Assembly (NCBI RefSeq): GCF_963921235.1
Contig: NC_086109.1
Location: forward strand, 6,078,001 to 6,142,000
Direction of reading: 5' to 3'
Origin: Mobula hypostoma
Taxonomy: Eukaryota
Length of the DNA stretch: 64,000 bases
The notes beneath the pieces were generated by a model. The model was not told where the DNA came from. It saw only the letters and a list, made by a program, of their open reading frames with translations, and did not search any database. How positions within the stretch are numbered: position 1 is the first letter of the stretch; each line of letters begins with the position of its first letter. Made by a program: the position numbers and the translations under genes. Below, one piece after another: positions 51,741-62,649 of this stretch.

Positions 51741-53129
51741 TGCTATGTTCTGTAACTTCAAAACATAAAAACTAAATGAAAGGAAAAGAAAGGAGCCTAG
51801 AACGCAAGTCAAACTTTGCTTTTTTACTTTAAGCAAGGTGCGCGTGTATGACGTAGTGGTGTAATGACGTATGCCATTTATGTACTTTTACAGATAACCT
51901 GAAATACATTATGTAAACAACAAAGAATGCTTAAACAAACAATATATTAACAATATTACTCAATATTAAATATATAACACTCCTCCCTGTTTAGCTATAA
52001 ACTCCAACTCAACATAGCATGCATCATAACATTCTAGGATGGCACTGTAGTGTAGCGGTTAGTACAATGCTTTACAGTACAGGCAACCCGGGTTCAATTC
52101 CTGCTTTTGCCTGTAAGGAGTTTGTACGTTCTCCCCGTGACCACGTGGGTTTTCTCTGGGTGCTCTGGTTTCCTCCCACAGTCCAAAGATGTACTGGCTG
52201 GTAGGATAATTGGCAATTGTAAATTGTCCTGTGATTAGGCTAGCATTAAACTGGGGGATTGCTGGGCATTGTGGCTTGAAAGGCTGTAGGGCCTGTTCCA
52301 TGCTGTATCTCATAAACAATTCAATAAATAAATAACATCCACAGTGTAGCAAACTTTAAACTGTCCCATTCATGCCGAAAGATTTAATTGCAGTGGAAGG
52401 ATTTCTTACTCTTGTGGGATAATGTCTTCCCTGGGGGTCATGCTGCTTGACAGGTGAGACTTGTGGCTGTGAACCTGTATCAGGTTCTGGGCCTTCCTCT
52501 GTGCTGGTTGCAGGAGTTGACTCCGGACTGCAGGAAGCGGTTCCGACAGCTCTGAACACCTTCCCTCTGGACATGTTGTAATCCAGAACAGTACATGGCA
52601 AGCTTCACTGGATGATGTGAATCGTAATGTATGATTACAGTGTCTGACATCACCGTTTCCTTTGTCTTTCGGAAAGCCACCTCATACTGCTTTGTCCATT
52701 GCCGTTTTTTTCCTAATCTGTAGTAATGAGTTAAAGGGCTGGAGCACAGTACAGACTGTTAATGAACCCTTGAATACGTCTGTTTTCCGCTTTTTATAGA
52801 AACTCAACAGTGTCCTTTTCCAAAGAAACCACATGCTGCACTTTTTAAAAACTCGAACATCTTGCTGTGCTTCAACAGGTAAATAGTCATCTCAGGTTCA
52901 TTTAAAACTTCCTCGTCACCACTGTAACATTTTGTAACTCCAAAACATAAAAACAAATTGAAAGGAAAACAAGGCAGCCACGTGAGATTTGCGCGTATGA
53001 TGTGGTGGCGTGATGACGTATGCCATTCACGTACTTCTACATATGACCTGTAATGAATTATGTAAACAACAAAGCGTGCTTCATCAAGCAATATATTTAC
53101 AATATTATTGAAATATGAAATACACAACA
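51741..53129 (-). mobile_element. Internally deleted Gypsy (Mag-like) LTR element
   Basis: Direct repeats 51741-51979 and 52923-53129 with TG..CA ends; PBS TGGTGACGAGG (52921-52911); polypurine tract GGGAGGAG (51987-51980); integrase-tail motif RHYPTRVRNP. Confidence 0.8.
52037..52335 (+). mobile_element. V-SINE (HE1-like) inserted in the LTR element
   Basis: TAGTGTAGCGG A box, GGTTCAATTCC B box, V domain, AATA tail. Confidence 0.85.
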
Positions 53130-53499
53130 AGTGTTACTGGGTGAAGAGAGTGCTCTTCTGGTTGGATCTGTAGACCGCTTGCTCCAAGACAGAATTCTAT
53201 CAGCCCTCCATAAACTAGAACCTACTGAAGGGTAGAGTGTCGATGGAGATCGATACTGGTGCCAGTGATGCCCTTAGGTTACATCACTGTGCTCTGTACT
53301 GTACCCAAACACAGCCGCTACATTACACACTCTACTTCATTCGGAGTTTGAGGAGATTTGGTATGTTACCAAAGACTTTTTACCAATTTCTACGGAGGTA
53401 CCATGAAGACTATTCTGACTGGGTGTACTACTGCCTGTTATGGAGGCACCAACGCACAGGATAGGAAGAGGTTTCTAGCCTCAGCCAGCTCCATCATAG

Positions 53500-53635
53500 G
53501 TAAACACGAGGAAATCTGCAGTTGCTGGAATTTCAAGCAACGCACATAAAAGTGTCTGGTGAACGCAGCAGGCCAGGCAACATCTCTAGGAAGAGGTACA
53601 GTTGACGTTTCGGGTCGAGACCCTTCGTCAGGACT
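53500..53635 (-). mobile_element. Penelope 3' terminus with hammerhead core (53600-53635)
   Basis: Minus strand AGTCCTGACGAAGGGTCTCGACCCGAAACGTCAACT. Confidence 0.82.
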
Positions 53636-55004
53636 CACCAAAGGTACATCCATCTCCATCATCCACCTTCAAGGAGCACTGCCCTTAGAAGGTGGCACCC
53701 ATCCTTAAGGACCTCCCTCTCAATACTGAGCAGTGTGCTGCCCACAACAGCCCACCCAACACCACCCCTCCTAGACAGCCTTTCCGTCCCACCCCACAAA
53801 CCATTGACTGATAGACACACAGTGGTCTGTTGCTCACTTCTCTACTAACAGTGACAGAATTTCAGCACCAGCTCTAATTGACTGCAGATTCCAGCACCCA
53901 CAGTCGTACAGCAATGGACCAGAGGCCGCGGACACTGGAATCCGGTGTGAAACTCGATCTGCGGCAAGCACTCGGCAGGTCAGGCAGCACCTGTGGACGG
54001 GCCGGGACTCTTCAATCAGTCCTGATGCTCCCTGGCCTCCTGAATGTTTCTCGACCTTAGTCTGAAGGAAGTTAGGCCCTGCGTTCTGAACAATAGGTAT
54101 CCTTCAGTGATCATAAGACATAGGAACAGAATTAGATTTAGATTATGATGTGACGAGAATACACATAAATTAAGATGTTTGCTGGCCTGGGCTTGCACCA
54201 GGGGCATCAGCAGTTGGTCTGCCACCTGTCCTCAGGGGAGGGAGAGATAAGGCACACAATGAAGCAGCATTTGGAGGTGTTAATGAAGGAGCCATCAGTC
54301 TGGGTATTGTCAAGATTGGCTCCCCCTTTGAACCCTGAACTGTTTGAAGTGATGGACAGGCGATACCCCAGCAGGGGGATAAAAAGGGACAGGTTCACTA
54401 AGGCAGGACACACACGACACCCGAGGTAACGAGACCCTGGAAGCGGTGCGCCTCTCACAAGTCGGTGGGAAGTACTGGGCCATAAACGCACAGGGTGGAA
54501 AGGTACGATCAGCGGGAACCCGGTGTGTGTCCACCCTCGCTTGGGTGCCGGGTTCACTGCAGAGGATCGACCGCATCTGGAGGAGGGGTCACAGTCGGTG
54601 ACCTCAGGTGACATCACCAAGGACCCGCCCAAAAGTTGCTTGTGAGCCACCTCGCTGGTCTGTGAGTGAAGCCGTTCTGAATGATCAGTCGTTCTCGTTC
54701 TCTCTCTCTCCCCCCCCCACATTGTCCATCGCCACGGCAACGATTACTGCAAACTGAACTAAATTGGACTGAACTATGTGTCACTTTGAAATTGGTCATT
54801 TACCCCTAGACAACGATAGAGCTTGATTGATGCTGTTATCTTAATTCTGTGCACATGTGTGTTTATCATTGCTGAACTGTTGCATTTATTATCCTTTCGA
54901 TTACTGTGTTGCTTGTTTCTTTAATAGTTCTAGTAATCCAGACTCCAACTGAGTGATCCATTTCTGCTGGTTTGGCAACCCAGTTATGGGGTACATAACA
55001 TAAG

Positions 55005-55023
55005 TGGGGTTCTCGTCCGCGAT
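55005..55023 (+). other. Primer binding site, tRNA-Pro-like
   Basis: TGGGGTTCTCGTCCGCGAT versus canonical Pro PBS TGGGGGCTCGTCCGGGAT, 4 nt after the LTR. Confidence 0.75.
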
Positions 55024-55099
55024 TTTGAACGCTAAATTTGGGACGGAGTAAATTGACTGGGTCAAAATTCCCGAAAGAAAGAAAAGACAAACAGCAGAA

Positions 55100-57454
55100 A
55101 TGGAGGCTGAGGAATTTATAAAGGCGCCGACCTTGGAGGCATTAGAGGATGCCAGGAAATCGGAATTGGTAGCTGTGGCCAAACGGTTGAATCTTGCTAA
55201 GGGGAAGTCGACAATGAGGAGAGAGGAGATACACAGAGCTATCGTAGAGCACTATGTATCTAAAGGTGTGTTTCCCCAAGGCGAGCTGGAGGTGGTGTCT
55301 ATTTAAAAACCTGCTGGAGACGTGGTACAGGTACAGCTTGAAAAACTGAGACTCGAGCATGAGTTCCGGGTACGGCAGTTGGAGCGGGAAGAGAAAAAGA
55401 GGGACAGACAGTTGCAGCGAGAGGAGAAACAGAGGGAAAGGGAATTCGAGTTGGAGAAGTTAAGGATAAGGGCAGAGCAGGGGCCTGTGCCGAACCAAGG
55501 TGGAGGGTTCCGGGCGACCCAGGAGGTTAGGCTGGTTCCCCCATTTGACGATACCGACGTGGATCGGTACTTCCTCCATTTCGAAAAAGTGGCTATAAGT
55601 CAGGACTGGCCGAGGGATAAGTGGGCTGTTTTACTTCAGAGTGTACTGAAAGGGAAAGCCCAAGAAGCTTACTCGGCTTTGTCTGCCGAAGATGCCCAGA
55701 GGTATGAGGTGGTGAAAGAGGCCATCCTCAGGATTTATGAGTTGGTCCCGGAGGCATACCGGCAGAGGTTCCGGAATGCGAGGAAGCAGTGGGACCGCAC
55801 GTGTTTGGAGTTTGCCCGTGAGATGCAGACATATTGTGAGCGTTGGTGCGCCTCAAAGGGGGTAGAGGGGGATTATGACAGACTGCTGCAGCTGATCCTG
55901 ATTGAGCAGTTTAAAGGTTGTGTCCCTGAGGGTATGAGACCTTACCTAGATGAGAAAGAGGCAGCCACGTTAGCCGCAACTGCTAAGTTAGCGGATGAGT
56001 ATGCGTTGACGCATAAAATGAAGTTTGCCCCGAGTAAAGGCTACCAGAAGGGTAGTCAGGATGGCAGGGAGAGTCCGCCAGAAAAGTCAGAAAGTAAGCC
56101 GGGGACTAGTGAGGAGGATAAGGTAGACCGGAAGCAGTCTGGTAGGAAGTCTCCTGGGGTCGTCTGTTATAATTGCAGGAAAGTCGGACACTTTGCGTCC
56201 AGGTGCTTTGCCCCAAAGAAGGAGACGGGAAAAGGGAAGACAGCGATTTTGACTGGCTGTATCGAGCTGTTAAGCGAACCGCTAGGGAAGGACAGGTCTG
56301 CCAAAGTTCAGGAAGGGCGCGAGAGGTTTATCTCGGCCGGATTGATGTCAGTGAAGGAGGGGTTAAAACCAGTTCCAGTGTGGATCTGGAGAGACACGGG
56401 AGCGTGTCAGTCACTAATATTGAAGAGTGTATTAGAGTTTAGCTCAGAGACCCGGACTGGGGAGGTAGAGGTCAAAGGTGTTGGGAAAGGGACAGAGTCA
56501 GTCCCTTTGCACCAGATACACTTACAAAGCAACCTGGTCTCTGGACTAGTCACGATCAGGGTGAGGTCCGAATTACCGATGAAAGGCGTGGAAGTCTTGC
56601 TCGGTAATGACCTCGCCGGGGGAATCGTGTTCCCAGTCGTGAGATTGACAGGTCAGCCTGCCAGCATTGAGGCCCCGCCCATGGACTCACAGGTTCATCA
56701 CAGGGCTGCGGTGGTAAATTTAGCTGAAACGTTTCTGCCAGTCTTGTACGAGAAGGGGGTAGAAAGTGAAAAGAAGGAGTGTAGTGAGGCAAGAGGTAGT
56801 GAGGGAGCTGAGACAGACGTAGCATTAGCCAGGAAAGAATTTGTGCAGATGCAGGAACGAGACGAGGGGCTGATGGCTTTGGCAAAGACAGCTCTCTCTG
56901 ACACAGACTTGACAAGGGAACTAGTAGGCTATTGTGTGGAGGAGGAAGTGCTAAGGAAGAAAGGGAAACCAAGTACCATACCCGCAGATGAGGAATGGGG
57001 GGTGGTGCAAAAGAGTTATGGGGATGAGGTTTTTAACCTGGCCCACGAGGTACCCCCCGGTGGACATTTTGCAGTGCTGGAGGAAACAGTTGGTGGAATC
57101 ATGAAAGAGGTTTACCGGCTGCCCAGGGGGAAGGATGTTATTGATTATGGCCGACGCGAACTGGGACGGTCCCAGGCTTTTGATATGCTAACAAACCTAG
57201 TCGGGGTTAGCGTGGACATCAATGAAGCTAGGGTCCCCCTGATAAGAGAGAAAAACTATTTTGAAAAGATGAGTATGGTATCGACCAGATGGGAGAAGGC
57301 TATTGTTTTGGCCAGCTCTGCTGATAAGGTCTCTCCCTTAATCCCCGAACAAAGCGACTCTTTAGGAGAAGTAATTAAACGACTCACACCCTTGTGTTTG
57401 ATTGTCCCGAGGCGATGCAAAGAACTGGGACGTTGGGTGGTGTCTTTTCAATAG
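55100..57454 (+). pseudogene. Retrotransposon gag-protease polyprotein (SCAN-like capsid, CCHC knuckle, aspartic protease, degenerate integrase zinc domain) with one premature stop at 55304-55306
   Basis: ORFs 55100-55306 and 55322-57454 share a frame; PEAYRQRFR..LILIEQF, CYNCRKVGHFASRC, RDTGA..LLGNDL, LAHEVPPGGH. Confidence 0.88.
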
Positions 57455-57483
57455 GTTAGCCTAGTAAAGAACAACCATATAGA

Positions 57484-57700
57484 ATGAGTAATTCAGTGAC
57501 TAAAGGGCTGACGAACACAGAGGTGTGTATTGGCAATTTAATACAGCTGTCTGAAGCCAGTTTGATAGTGAACCTTGAAAAAAATGAGTTCGGCCACACG
57601 AAGGTCACTTACCTGGGAATTGTGGTGACACAGGGGCAGCTGGCAGCGATGCAAACTACAGTGCAGGCTATTGCTGACCTCCCAACCCCGACAGACAAGA
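57484..57700 (+). pseudogene. Reverse transcriptase C-terminal remnant lacking the YXDD motif
   Basis: LSEASLIVNLEKNEFGHTKVTYLGIVV..VQAIADLPTPTDK; CIGN lies where YIDD is expected. Confidence 0.75.
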
Positions 57701-57895
57701 GCTTGATTGATGCTGTTATCTTAATTCTGTGCACATGTGTGTTTATCATTGCTGAACTGTTGCATTTATTATCCTTTCGATTACTGTGTTGCTTGTTTCT
57801 TTAATAAAACTTTCTTAGTTCTAGTAATCCAGACTCCAACTGAGTGATCCATTTCTGCTTGTTTGGCAACCCAGTTACGGGGTACGTAACAATGA

Positions 57896-58560
57896 GAACA
57901 CTCAGTCCTCTTTTATTGTCATTGAGAAATGCATACATGCATTAAGAAATGATACAATGTTTCTCCAGAGTGATATCACAGAAAACAAAGACTAACGCTG
58001 ACAGAACCATATAATTATAACATATAGTTACAGCAGTGCAAAGCAATACCATAATTTGATGAAGAACAAACCATGGGCACAGTAAAAAAAGTCTCAAAAG
58101 TCCCGGAGTCGATCAACTCCTGAGTCCCCGATAGTAGGTGGCAAAAGGGAGAAACTCCCTGCCATAAACCTCCAGGCACCGTCAACTTGCCGATGCCTTG
58201 GAAGCAGCCGACCACAGCCGACACTGAGTCCATCCGTCCAAAAACTTCGAGCCTCTGACCAGCCCCTCCGATACAGTCTCCCAAGCGCCATCCTCTGCCG
58301 AGCGCCTTCGACCTCGCCCTGGCCGCTGAAACACGCAAAGCCAAGGATTCGGGGCCTTCTGCTCTGGAGATTCCGGTTACCACACAGTAGCAGCGGCAGC
58401 GAAGCGGGCATTCCAGAAGTTTTCCAGATGTTCCTCCGTACTCTCACGTCCATCTCCATCAAATCAGAATTGTGCACGGTCCCCTACTTGACAGATTACA
58501 GATATCATTCACCGGAGAGGCCGTGTGCGCTGCGTCGCGCCACCATCTTCTCCTCCTCCA
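57896..58560 (-). mobile_element. ~680-bp non-autonomous retroelement (copy 3); its tail lies at ~54133-54148 on the other side of the Gypsy insertion
   Basis: Reverse complement of 8010-8692. Confidence 0.82.
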
Positions 58561-59805
58561 TTCAGCCCATCAAGGCTATTCTACTTTTCCACTTGATTAA
58601 TTATCCCTCTCAAACTCATTCTTCTGTCTTCTCCCCCGTAACTATTGACACCCTTATTAATCAATAATCTATCAAGCTCTGCTTTAAATATATCTAGTGA
58701 ATTGGCCCCCACAACCACCTGTGGCAACGAATTCCGCAATTTCACCTCCTTCTGGCTAAAAGAATTCCTCATCATCGCTGTTCTAAAGCAACACCCTTCT
58801 TTTCTGAGGCTCTACCCTCTGTTCCTAGGCTCAACCACTGTAGGAAGCTTCCACTCTATCTATGCCTATCAATATTCAGTAGGTTTCAACGAGATTCCCC
58901 CTCATTCCTGTAAATTGCAGTGAGTACCCCTCTTGTCACCTCCCGGAATTCTGCCAACAATACTGGAGAAAATACGAAGGATTTTCCAAAGGCTGATGGT
59001 GTGGAATGACAACTGCTTGGCAAGGTCGCTCCCTGTCATGCGCCAGCATTCTGACCCTACAAGAGTGTGGACAGAACACAGCTCGAGTACAGCTTCACCT
59101 TGGTGTGGATACTGTACTGGGTTGATCCTCAAATGTCACTGGGTATAAAAAGCTCGGCGTCGTTCCGATGTGTTGTCCAGTAAGAACACAAAAGAAACTC
59201 TGAGATAATTATCTGTTTACCTCACTATCATGCACCCCTGGGGGGTACATTTTCCCTTCACAGGGGAACTGTTTGGGATTATTAATGATCTGAAATCCCT
59301 GCGCACTGTTCTGCACGATTTGTTCAACTGTGATGTTTCTTGACGGTACATTGATTCTCCTCACTTTTTTCCTTCAACACTCTCATAACATGACACCCAA
59401 AAACTTCTCAATATTATTTATTTCCTGTATCTGGAACTTCCCATAAATTCTATTGATTTTTCTTATCAAAATTTAACCCAAACCTTTGGAAATCTCAGAA
59501 TCTGGTTTATTATCACTGACATATGTGGCAAAAATAGTTGTTTTGTGGCAGCAGTACAGTGCAAGACATTTTTAAAAAATTACTGTAAGTTACAAAAGAT
59601 AGATAGTTCAGCAGACAGATAGACAGTTAGGGCAAAGGAGGAATAGTGAGGTAATGGACCAGACAGAAATCTGGCAGCAAAGGGGAAAAAGCTGTTCCTA
59701 AAATAACGAGTACGGTTCAAGCTTCTGTAGCTCCTCCCTGATGGTAATAAAGAGAAGAGGGTATTGTAATATATAGATCTATTTCTTTTAGAGCAGGGAC
59801 CAACC

Positions 59806-60102
59806 CTGTTGGGGAAGTCCAGAACAAGGGGTCACAGTTTGAGGATAAAGGGGAAGCCTTTTAGGACCGGAGATGAGGAAAAACTTCTTCACACAGAGAG
59901 TGGTGAATCTGTGGAATTCTCTGCCACAGGAAACAGTTGAGGCCAGTTCATTGGCTATATTTAAGAGGGAGTTAGATATGGCCCTTGTGGCTAAAGGGAT
60001 CAGAGGGTATGGCGAGAAGGCTGGTACAGGGTTCTGAGTTGGATGATCAGCCATGATCATACTGAATGGCCTACTCCTGCACCTATTTTCTATGTTTCTA
60101 TG
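59806..60102 (+). mobile_element. CR1 3' end, same subfamily as 1-1221
   Basis: Near identity with 901-1221 apart from a short UTR deletion. Confidence 0.92.
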
Positions 60103-60145
60103 TAACCCATCCCAGCACTATGTATTGATATGTCGTCTACGCATA

Positions 60146-60147
<2 letters not shown>

Positions 60148-60193
<46 letters not shown>
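60148..60193. repeat. (CT)n microsatellite
   Basis: Direct observation. Confidence 0.97.
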
Positions 60194-60197
<4 letters not shown>

Positions 60198-60509
60198 GAA
60201 TCTTTAGAACAATGAAGTTAGTGACAGGCTGTTATTGTTAAAGTATGTTTACTTGGAATTTCTTCAGCTGGAGGGTGGTGAATCTGTGGAATTCATTGCC
60301 GGGTGGATGTGGATGTTGTGCCATTGGGTTATTTAAAGTGGAGTTTGATAGGTTCTTGATCGGTAAGGGTGTCAAAGATTACGGGTAGAAAGCAGGAGAA
60401 TGGGGTTGAGAGGGAAAATAAATCAACCATGATTAAATGGCAGAACAGACTCGATGGACCAAATGGCCTAATTCTGCTCCTATATTTTATGGTCTTGTTT
60501 TTTAAATCT

Positions 60510-60812
60510 GGTAGTGTACCAGTTAGCGTACCACTTTCCAGAGCCAGTGATCCAGGTTCAATTCCTGCCACTGTCTGTAAGGAGTTTGCACGTTCTCCCC
60601 GTGACCGTGTGAGTTTCCTCCGGGTGCTCCGGTTTCCTCCCACACTCCAGTGATGTACGGGGTTAGGCTTAGTGAGTTGTGGGCGTGTCATGTTGGTGCC
60701 AGAAACATGCTGAAACTTGTGGGCTACCCCCAGCCCAATCCTTGGGCTGTGTAGGCCATTGATGCAAACAACGCACTTCACCGTGTGCTTCGAGGTTACA
60801 AATAAGGCTAAT
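60510..60812 (+). mobile_element. V-SINE (HE1-like)
   Basis: GGTTCAATTCC B box and V domain. Confidence 0.8.
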
Positions 60813-61164
60813 TTTTAATTTTTTAATTCCTTCCCCCCGATCTTTGACCTCTCCGTAAAGGAAAAGCATCTTTCCTATTTACTCTCCAGGCCTCTTATAA
60901 TTGTACACACCAAATTAGACATCTTAAGGAATTACAGGGAGTTGTGGGCACAGCAAAGCAGTCTCTCCCTCACTGACACCGTGTCCATTTCCCGCTGCCT
61001 CGGGAAAGGAGTAAACATAATCAAGAACCGTTCCCACCCTGGATGTTCCTCTTCCCCCTTCCCATCAGGCAGAGCATACGGTGACTATCGACCGCCAGTC
61101 TCAAGGACGTCTTCTGCCCCACTGCTGAGAGACTCTCGGATGGACCTCTCTAACAATTGAAGTG

Positions 61165-61500
61165 CCACAGTAGCGGAGAGGGCAGCACAACGCTATTACA
61201 GCGCGAGGTGGCAGAGCTCGGAGTTCGACTCCGCTGCCACCTGGAAGAAGTCTGTTTGTTCTCCCTGTGAGCACAAGGGTTTCCTCCGGGTGTTCCGGTT
61301 TCCTCCGGCAGTGCCAAGACGTACCAGTCAGTCGGTTTATTGGTCATTGTAAATTGGCCGGTGATTAGGCGAGGGTTAAACAGGTGGGTTGTCGGGAGGT
61401 GCAGCTCATTGGGTTGGAAGGGCCTGTTCCACACTGTATCTCTAAATAAATAATAAACAAACAAACAAGCAAATAAATAGATAAACAAACAAACAAATAA
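61165..61500 (+). mobile_element. V-SINE (HE1-like)
   Basis: GAGTTCGACTCC B box, V domain, AAAC/AAAT tail. Confidence 0.78.
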
Positions 61501-62020
61501 TAAAATAGATACAGATAGATAACGATGAACTCTGTCAAGTGAAAATAATATTTAAACTTGAAAAAAGCCTCAAGGTAAAACTGCAGCCATGAGAAAGTGA
61601 CACATGATTCATCTGTTTACAATAATAACTGACTGTCTGATCCACATCACCTCGGGTGCTGGAGCTCTTGAACAACCCTAACATGGGGCCTGGACACAGA
61701 ACTGTAAAGATCTTGCCATTGAAGGAATTAAGGCAGTGTAGTTATAAGACCTTTAGACACAGGAGCAGAATTAGGCCATTCATCCCATCTAGTCTGCTCT
61801 GCCATTCCATCATGGCTGATTTATTATCCCTCTCAACCCCATTCTCCTGCCTCCTCCCTGTAACCTTTAACACTCCGATTAATAAACCTCCACTTTAAAT
61901 ATACTCAATGGCTTGGCCTCTGCGATCCCCTGTGCAATTAATTTCACAGATTCACTAGCCTTTGGCTAAAGATGTTCCTCCTCATCTCTGTTCTAAAAGG
62001 ATGTCCCTCTGTTCTGAGGC

Positions 62021-62325
62021 TGTGTCCTCCAGACCTAGACTGCCCCACTACAGGAAACATCCTCTCCGCATCCACTCTATTTGTGTCCTCTGGGCCTATC
62101 CTGCCCCACTACAGGAAACATCCTCTCCACATCCACTCTATCTGTGTCCTCTGGACCTATACTGCCCCACTACAGGAAGCATCCTCTCCGCATCCACTCT
62201 ATCTGTGTCCTCTGGACCTATACTCTCCCACTGTAGGAAACATCCTCTCCACATCCACTCTATCTGTGTCCTCTGGACCTATACTGCCCCACTACAGGAA
62301 ACATCCTCTCCACATCCGCTCTATC
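62021..62325. repeat. Minisatellite, 5 x 61 bp, derived from antisense CR1 ORF2 (host CR1 ~61745-62480)
   Basis: Units start at 62021, 62082, 62143, 62204, 62265: TGTGTCCTCTGGACCTATACTGCCCCACTACAGGAAACATCCTCTCCACATCCACTCTATC. Confidence 0.93.
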
Positions 62326-62649
62326 TAGACCTTTCAATATTCAATAGGTTTCAATGAGATCCCACCTCCCCCTACCATTCTTCAAAACTCCAGTGAGTAC
62401 AGGCCCAGAGTCATCAAATGTTCCTCATATGTTAACTCTTTCATTCTTGGGATCATTCTTATGAATCTCCTCTGGACCCAGTTATATTGAAACAGTACAA
62501 ATCACTAGGCATAATTCTATCTTCTGGAATCTAAATGTCAATCTTTTGGAATATATTTTATTATTTGTTAATTTATTTGTGCTAATATTATTATATTATT
62601 TTGTGTGAAAGTCAGGACAAAGTTAGGAATCAAAAGGTTGAGCATGTTG

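Larger units (their letters stand above)
54149..57891 (+). mobile_element. Gmr1-type Ty3/Gypsy LTR retrotransposon, non-autonomous
   Basis: TGT..ACA termini, perfect ATGA duplication (54145-54148, 57892-57895), 5' LTR 54149-55000, tRNA-Pro-like PBS, gag-PR-IN remnant-RT remnant order, partial 3' LTR ~57698-57891. Confidence 0.95.

Noticed and set aside
52037..52110. tRNA genes (also near 21637, 26660, 31333, 60510, 61165)
   Set aside because: A/B boxes continue into SINE bodies and tails; no complete cloverleaf seen
55322..57454. Domesticated SCAN-domain host gene
   Set aside because: Flanked by LTRs, PBS and target duplication, and the natural start is cut off by a stop; treated as a retrotransposon ORF
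59130..59200. TATAAAAA at 59144 followed by a GTAAG donor-like site, a possible promoter
   Set aside because: Single short motifs with no CpG island, ORF or other support
62021..62325. Possible CRISPR-like array
   Set aside because: Units are wholly repeated with no unique spacers and derive from CR1; eukaryotic context
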